From a virus, in the IMG/VR virus record IMGVR_UViG_3300045988_151163, positions 1 through 10,856 of that record: a DNA stretch of 10,856 bases; one strand, 5' to 3'. The position numbers and the translations under genes are program-made. The notes under the pieces were generated by a model. That model had not been told where the DNA came from, made no database searches, and saw only the letters and a list, made by a program, of their open reading frames with translations. This document shows positions 7,660 to 10,856 of this stretch, one piece after another; positions within the stretch are counted from its first letter, which is position 1, and each line of letters starts with the position of its first letter.

Positions 7660-8454
7660 CTATACAGTACATCCGCATCCAGCGTTGCAGCATGCTCTAT
7701 ATCCATATATTCCTGTATAAGGATTTGGAACTTGATATGATGGAACTGGAGCTGGGCTAAGTGCATTTACAAGATATGTATTCTGTGCAGCCTGTGAAGC
7801 AGCAAATTTAAGTGACTGATTCTCAGCTGTAAGAGTAGCAATCTTGTCTTGTGTTAAGAAATCTAAGATACTTCTTGTGTTAGCATCTTGATTAGCTATA
7901 ATATCTCTTGAAGAATCAGCAATGGCTTGTCTTGTTTGACAGCTCTGATCTGCAATATTATAGTTTAAGTTAGCAAACTGAGTTGCGCTCTCGTATCTCT
8001 GATCACAGCAGCATTGAGCGATCTGTGTACCAATACCAGTAAGTTGGCTAGTAATAGCATTTGTATTCTGCATATTAGCTATTGTGTCTGCGTTTACTGC
8101 TGCAGTCACATCAGCTTGAGCGCCCTGAATAGCATTACCTAATGAATTGAACCCATTAAGCATACCTGTGTTCATAGCATAGAATCCATCACAAATACCA
8201 TTGTTTACGCTATCAATTTTTCTTTCGATGTTAGCAAAATCTGTTGTAAGGATATAACCATCAGTAATACCAGAAGCTGTTGCGTCTTTACCACCACCAA
8301 ATAATCCATTACCCCAGTTATCTCCACCGGCAAGAATTAAGATGAAAAGAACAATCCACCAGGAATCTCCTCCCCATCCATTGTTTCTATCGTTTCCGCC
8401 TGTTGCGGCTGCGATATCGGCTAATGAATAGCCATTAGTGTTTCCATTGAACAT
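7660..8454 (-). CDS. membrane protein: YjcZ/tiny-TM-like Gly-rich N-terminus + helical N/Q/A/T-rich domain + Cys-cluster C-terminus (264 aa)
   Basis: AGGAGG lies 7 nt before the ATG. GWGGDSWWIVLFILILAGGDNWGNGLFGGG resembles the Bacillus sporulation tiny-TM family (G-rich followed by a FALIVVLFILLIIVG-type helix). The middle has a heptad-like N/I/Q/A pattern and a CCC triplet. The protein ends YRACCNAGCGCTV. Confidence 0.65.
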   Translation of the reverse strand: MFNGNTNGYSLADIAAATGGNDRNNGWGGDSWWIVLFILILAGGDNWGNGLFGGGKDATASGITDGYILTTDFANIERKIDSVNNGICDGFYAMNTGMLNGFNSLGNAIQGAQADVTAAVNADTIANMQNTNAITSQLTGIGTQIAQCCCDQRYESATQFANLNYNIADQSCQTRQAIADSSRDIIANQDANTRSILDFLTQDKIATLTAENQSLKFAASQAAQNTYLVNALSPAPVPSYQVPNPYTGIYGYRACCNAGCGCTV

Positions 8455-8479
8455 ATGAATGTCCTCCTTTTAATATATA

Positions 8480-8731
8480 TTATTTAACGCCCATTTTGTT
8501 TTTAAAGGCGGTAAATTCTTGATCAAAATTGACACCCTTTTGATTAGATAAATTCTTAGCAATCTGCATTAACTGGAATGAATTTCCCATTTGTGCTAAT
8601 TGCATTAAATTTTGTCCCATAGGAGTCTGTCCCATTCTTTCTTGGAGGATATTCATAGTAATTTGTTGCGGATTTGCTCCACCCTGAATTGCTTGAATAA
8701 TTTGCATTGGATTAAAACCTTGTCCTTGCAT
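8480..8731 (-). CDS. Gln/Met-rich small protein (83 aa), unknown function
   Basis: Weak SD (GAAAGGAAG). Composition about 19% Q and 12% M. Repeated MQ/QxxQ pattern. No Cys. No recognised domain. Confidence 0.5.
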   Translation of the reverse strand: MQGQGFNPMQIIQAIQGGANPQQITMNILQERMGQTPMGQNLMQLAQMGNSFQLMQIAKNLSNQKGVNFDQEFTAFKNKMGVK

Positions 8732-8752
8732 TCTCTCTTCTTCCTTTCTTAT

Positions 8753-9151
8753 TTAAAAATTAAATCCTTCTTTACTTTGCGGTTGTGGGGTTACTTGTGG
8801 CTGTGTAGCTTGAGAAATAGCTTCTTTAACTTTAGCCATAGTTTCCTCAAATTCCTGTTTAGTAACGAAATCACCGACTGCCGCGGTCTTCTCAATAGGC
8901 ACCCAATCATATTCTTCTAATTTAACATTACCATTTAAGTCAATTTGTTTGGTATAAATTTTTTTATTTGCCATATCTGGAAAAACAAAAATACTTCCAT
9001 CAAAATCAACTTGAGCTGCTCTAACTTCATCTACTGATGAAACAAATCTTCCTTTCAAGAGATTCTGTTGCGGCATCTCATATGGAACCTGTCTAGGTGC
9101 ATATGACTGTTGCGGCTGATTTGGATAATAATATGCATTTGGTTGAAACAT
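8753..9151 (-). CDS. small protein with Q/P/Y-rich termini flanking a globular core (132 aa)
   Basis: AAAGGAGGA lies 6 nt before the ATG. N-terminus MFQPNAYYYPNQPQQSYAPRQVPYEMPQQ and C-terminus QATQPQVTPQPQSKEGFNF are low-complexity. The core is KGRFVSSVDEVRAAQVDFDGSIFVFPDMANKKIY.... It is the first gene of the operon. Confidence 0.6.
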   Translation of the reverse strand: MFQPNAYYYPNQPQQSYAPRQVPYEMPQQNLLKGRFVSSVDEVRAAQVDFDGSIFVFPDMANKKIYTKQIDLNGNVKLEEYDWVPIEKTAAVGDFVTKQEFEETMAKVKEAISQATQPQVTPQPQSKEGFNF

Positions 9152-9326
9152 TTAGTTTCCTCCTTTCTGTCATAGATATATCCGAAAAGCTACATATCTA
9201 TTAGCTAGTTTTGTTAGAGAGATAGCAGAGACAAAGAGAAATATTTAAAATTTAACAGGAAATGCTATTTTATGAAGATAAAGAAAAAAGTACGTAAGAT
9301 TAAAAAATAATTAGTTACAATAAAAA
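9152..9326 (-). promoter_or_regulatory. intergenic region expected to carry the promoter and 5'UTR of the 9151-to-6337 operon
   Basis: 175-bp AT-rich gap between the upstream terminator and the first RBS. No clean sigma-A hexamer pair was found by eye; a phage-specific promoter is possible. Confidence 0.3.
9173..9200 (-). repeat. 7-bp inverted repeat (TAGATAT ...14 nt... ATATCTA) just upstream of the operon's first RBS
   Basis: Plus-strand 9173-9179 tagatat and 9194-9200 atatcta are exact reverse complements. The position suits an operator or a 5'UTR hairpin. Confidence 0.4.
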
Positions 9327-9327
9327 A

Positions 9328-9347
9328 GAGCCCTCCTGAGAGGGCTT
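9328..9347 (-). terminator. rho-independent terminator for the large minus-strand gene
   Basis: Stem AGCCCTC/GAGGGCT with loop CTGA. On the minus strand the hairpin is followed by CTTTTTTA. It overlaps the TAA stop at 9347-9349. Confidence 0.6.
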
Positions 9348-9598
9348 TAATTACCTAAATCTACTTTAAATTTTTTAGCTAAATGTTGAATATTTTGTTG
9401 TATTTCTTCATCAGACTGAGATTCTTCTACTATTCCAAAATAATCTATTTTTAATTGTGGAGTATTCAAAGCAGTATTATGATTAAAAGTGGTTTCTTCA
9501 GTTGGAAAAGTGCTTTGTCGATTTCCTATTATTAAAAAGTAATCTCCTTTAGAAAAAGAACCATATGAATCTATAAAATAACTTGCTGATTTTTCCAT
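9347..9598 (-). CDS. C-terminal segment of the large N/Y-rich protein, reached only in the -1 frame (83-aa ORF in isolation)
   Basis: It begins 12 nt after the stop of the 9610-10856 frame. A -1 shift at the A8 run joins the two ORFs into protein-like sequence: ...KPKKNIYVFKTPIVENGKYFAFINNLKMEKSASYF.... Confidence 0.5.
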   Translation of the reverse strand: MEKSASYFIDSYGSFSKGDYFLIIGNRQSTFPTEETTFNHNTALNTPQLKIDYFGIVEESQSDEEIQQNIQHLAKKFKVDLGN

Positions 9599-9609
9599 TT
9601 TTAAATTAT

Positions 9610-10856
9610 TTATAAATGCAAAATATTTACCATTTTCAACAATAGGAGTTTTAAATACATATATATTTTTTTTGGTTTTATATTTTTAGAAATCCAAATT
9701 GCATCTTGATATGTTGGATTAATTATTGAATATACTAAATTTGAATATGATAATAATTTATGATTAAAAGCGTTTGCTCCTCTATGATATTCTGTACTAC
9801 TTAAAGTAGTAGTATTATTATAATTCATTAAAGCATAACCCCACTCTTTTGATATCCATAAACCATTATCATCTTTATAATTTTCATATAATTTATTTAA
9901 ACTAAACATTTCAGGATAATATACAATTTTATCTTTATAAGAGCCTGTAGTTCCTTTAAAAGCAATTCCACTTGTAATTATTTTATGCATATAACCATGT
10001 TGTACTGCATCATAACCAGTCTCATTCTGTAAAGATTCCACTCCAATATCATAAGCAACTAAATAAATTGTTTTATTATAAAAAGGTTTTTTACTCGTCA
10101 ACAATAGTCTATCACCAGCATCCAAGTGAATATATCCCATTTCCATATTGCCATCTGGAACCATTTTTATATTATTATAAATATTTTTATAAAAAGTATT
10201 TTCTTCTTTTCTATCATATATTTTTTCATTATCTTCATAGCATCCTGCCCATAATTCTATTTCAGCATTTTTTAAAATACTTCTTTTTTTATATTTACTC
10301 AAGCCTAAAACAATATTATTATAAGGTAAATAGAATATCCCACCAATATTTATAAATTTTTGCCCCGATCCCGCAATTTCAGTTAAAAAACCAGCAGAAA
10401 CTAAATTTGTTGATATGTATAATCTATCTGTTATCTCACTTGAACCTATTTCTATATTAACACCATTATTAAAAGTACATCTAGTAAATATAACTCTATC
10501 ATCAGAACTTTCAACAACAGGCCCATTAGGAATATTAAATTGACTACATATAGGTTCATCAATTTGAGGATTTCTTACTAATCTGCCATTATGTAAAAAA
10601 TAAATTGCATTATACAATGCATTTCCAAGACTTCCTTTATACCCATTTTCATTAACAATAGGTGAATCACATAAAACAATTAAAGTTTCATATCCAACAC
10701 TATCACATAAAAACCAAAAATAATTTGCATTTTGAGAAGAAGATATATTATATTTAACATTACAATATTTGTCATTTATTAAAAAACTTATATCATTGAT
10801 ATTAGAAATTGCAATATCTGATATACTAGCTCCATTATCTTGCCAAGAGGTTAATT
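9610..10856 (-). CDS. large Asn/Tyr/Ile-rich protein, 5' end beyond the right edge; possible structural or receptor-binding protein
   Basis: I translated by hand upstream of the track's TTG at 10617 and the frame stays open to position 10856. There is no recognisable catalytic motif. The 0-frame ends 21 codons after the A8 run with an implausible tail (IYMYLKLLLLKMVNILHL). Confidence 0.6.
   Translation of the reverse strand, partial: LTSWQDNGASISDIAISNINDISFLINDKYCNVKYNISSSQNANYFWFLCDSVGYETLIVLCDSPIVNENGYKGSLGNALYNAIYFLHNGRLVRNPQIDEPICSQFNIPNGPVVESSDDRVIFTRCTFNNGVNIEIGSSEITDRLYISTNLVSAGFLTEIAGSGQKFINIGGIFYLPYNNIVLGLSKYKKRSILKNAEIELWAGCYEDNEKIYDRKEENTFYKNIYNNIKMVPDGNMEMGYIHLDAGDRLLLTSKKPFYNKTIYLVAYDIGVESLQNETGYDAVQHGYMHKIITSGIAFKGTTGSYKDKIVYYPEMFSLNKLYENYKDDNGLWISKEWGYALMNYNNTTTLSSTEYHRGANAFNHKLLSYSNLVYSIINPTYQDAIWISKNIKPKKIYMYLKLLLLKMVNILHL
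9666..9673 (-). other. T8/A8 homopolymer; in-frame slippery heptamer A_AAA_AAA at the frame junction of the large gene
   Basis: mRNA reads CCA AAA AAA ATA. A -1 slip, or one extra A, continues for about 105 more codons to the stop at 9347. The 0-frame stops after 21 codons. Confidence 0.55.

Noticed and set aside
8753-9151. Tried to assign the 132-aa protein to the PRC-barrel or YabP/YqfC sporulation families from the KGRFVSSVDEV...DFDGSIFVF core
   Set aside because: The resemblance is too loose to call from memory without an HMM search. Left as unknown.
9271-9309. Plus-strand mini-ORF MKIKKKVRKIKK with a weak AGGAAA upstream
   Set aside because: 12 codons in an AT-rich intergenic region with lysine codons favoured by A-richness. 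No supporting signal, so most likely chance.
1-10856. Looked for CRISPR arrays, tRNAs, integrase or att sites, and tandem repeats
   Set aside because: I saw no direct-repeat/spacer periodicity, no cloverleaf-like GC-rich 70-90-nt segments, and no recombinase motifs in any ORF. Only short inverted repeats (terminators, the 9173-9200 repeat) were found.

Overview
AT-rich window (roughly 25-30% GC by eye) that reads like the replication / nucleotide-metabolism module of a large phage or prophage of a low-GC anaerobic Firmicute, possibly a clostridial spore-former; the host assignment is inference only. Plus strand, left to right: the C-terminal third of a DnaE-type DNA polymerase III alpha subunit (HhH and OB-fold regions, runs off the left edge), a guanylate-kinase-family (d)NMP kinase, the class III anaerobic ribonucleotide reductase NrdD (ATP-cone, zinc ribbon, glycyl-radical motif RTCGY), four small unknown ORFs, a trimeric dUTPase, a hairpin/T-run terminator, a near-consensus sigma-A promoter with extended -10, and a RuvC-family Holliday-junction resolvase. 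A bidirectional hairpin terminator at 6329-6353 marks a strand switch. Minus strand, transcribed right to left: a large N/Y/I-rich gene running off the right edge, broken by a frame change at a T8/A8 homopolymer (slippery heptamer A_AAA_AAA), followed by its terminator. Next comes a tightly packed six-gene operon (9151 down to 6337) of compositionally odd proteins: a Q/P/Y-rich small protein, a Gln/Met-rich 83-aa protein, a 264-aa protein with a YjcZ/tiny-TM-like N-terminus and cysteine clusters, a stand-alone homologue of the BclA exosporium C-terminal (TNF/C1q-like) domain, a Met/Tyr/Arg-rich disordered coiled-coil protein, and an ImmA/IrrE-like HExxH domain. The HExxH ORF lies in the same frame as the preceding gene, separated by one TAA. 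This operon is visibly more GC-rich than its surroundings. I read it as a candidate spore-surface/exosporium-like module carried by a mobile element, and it is the most interesting thing in the window. No rRNA, tRNA or CRISPR was seen.
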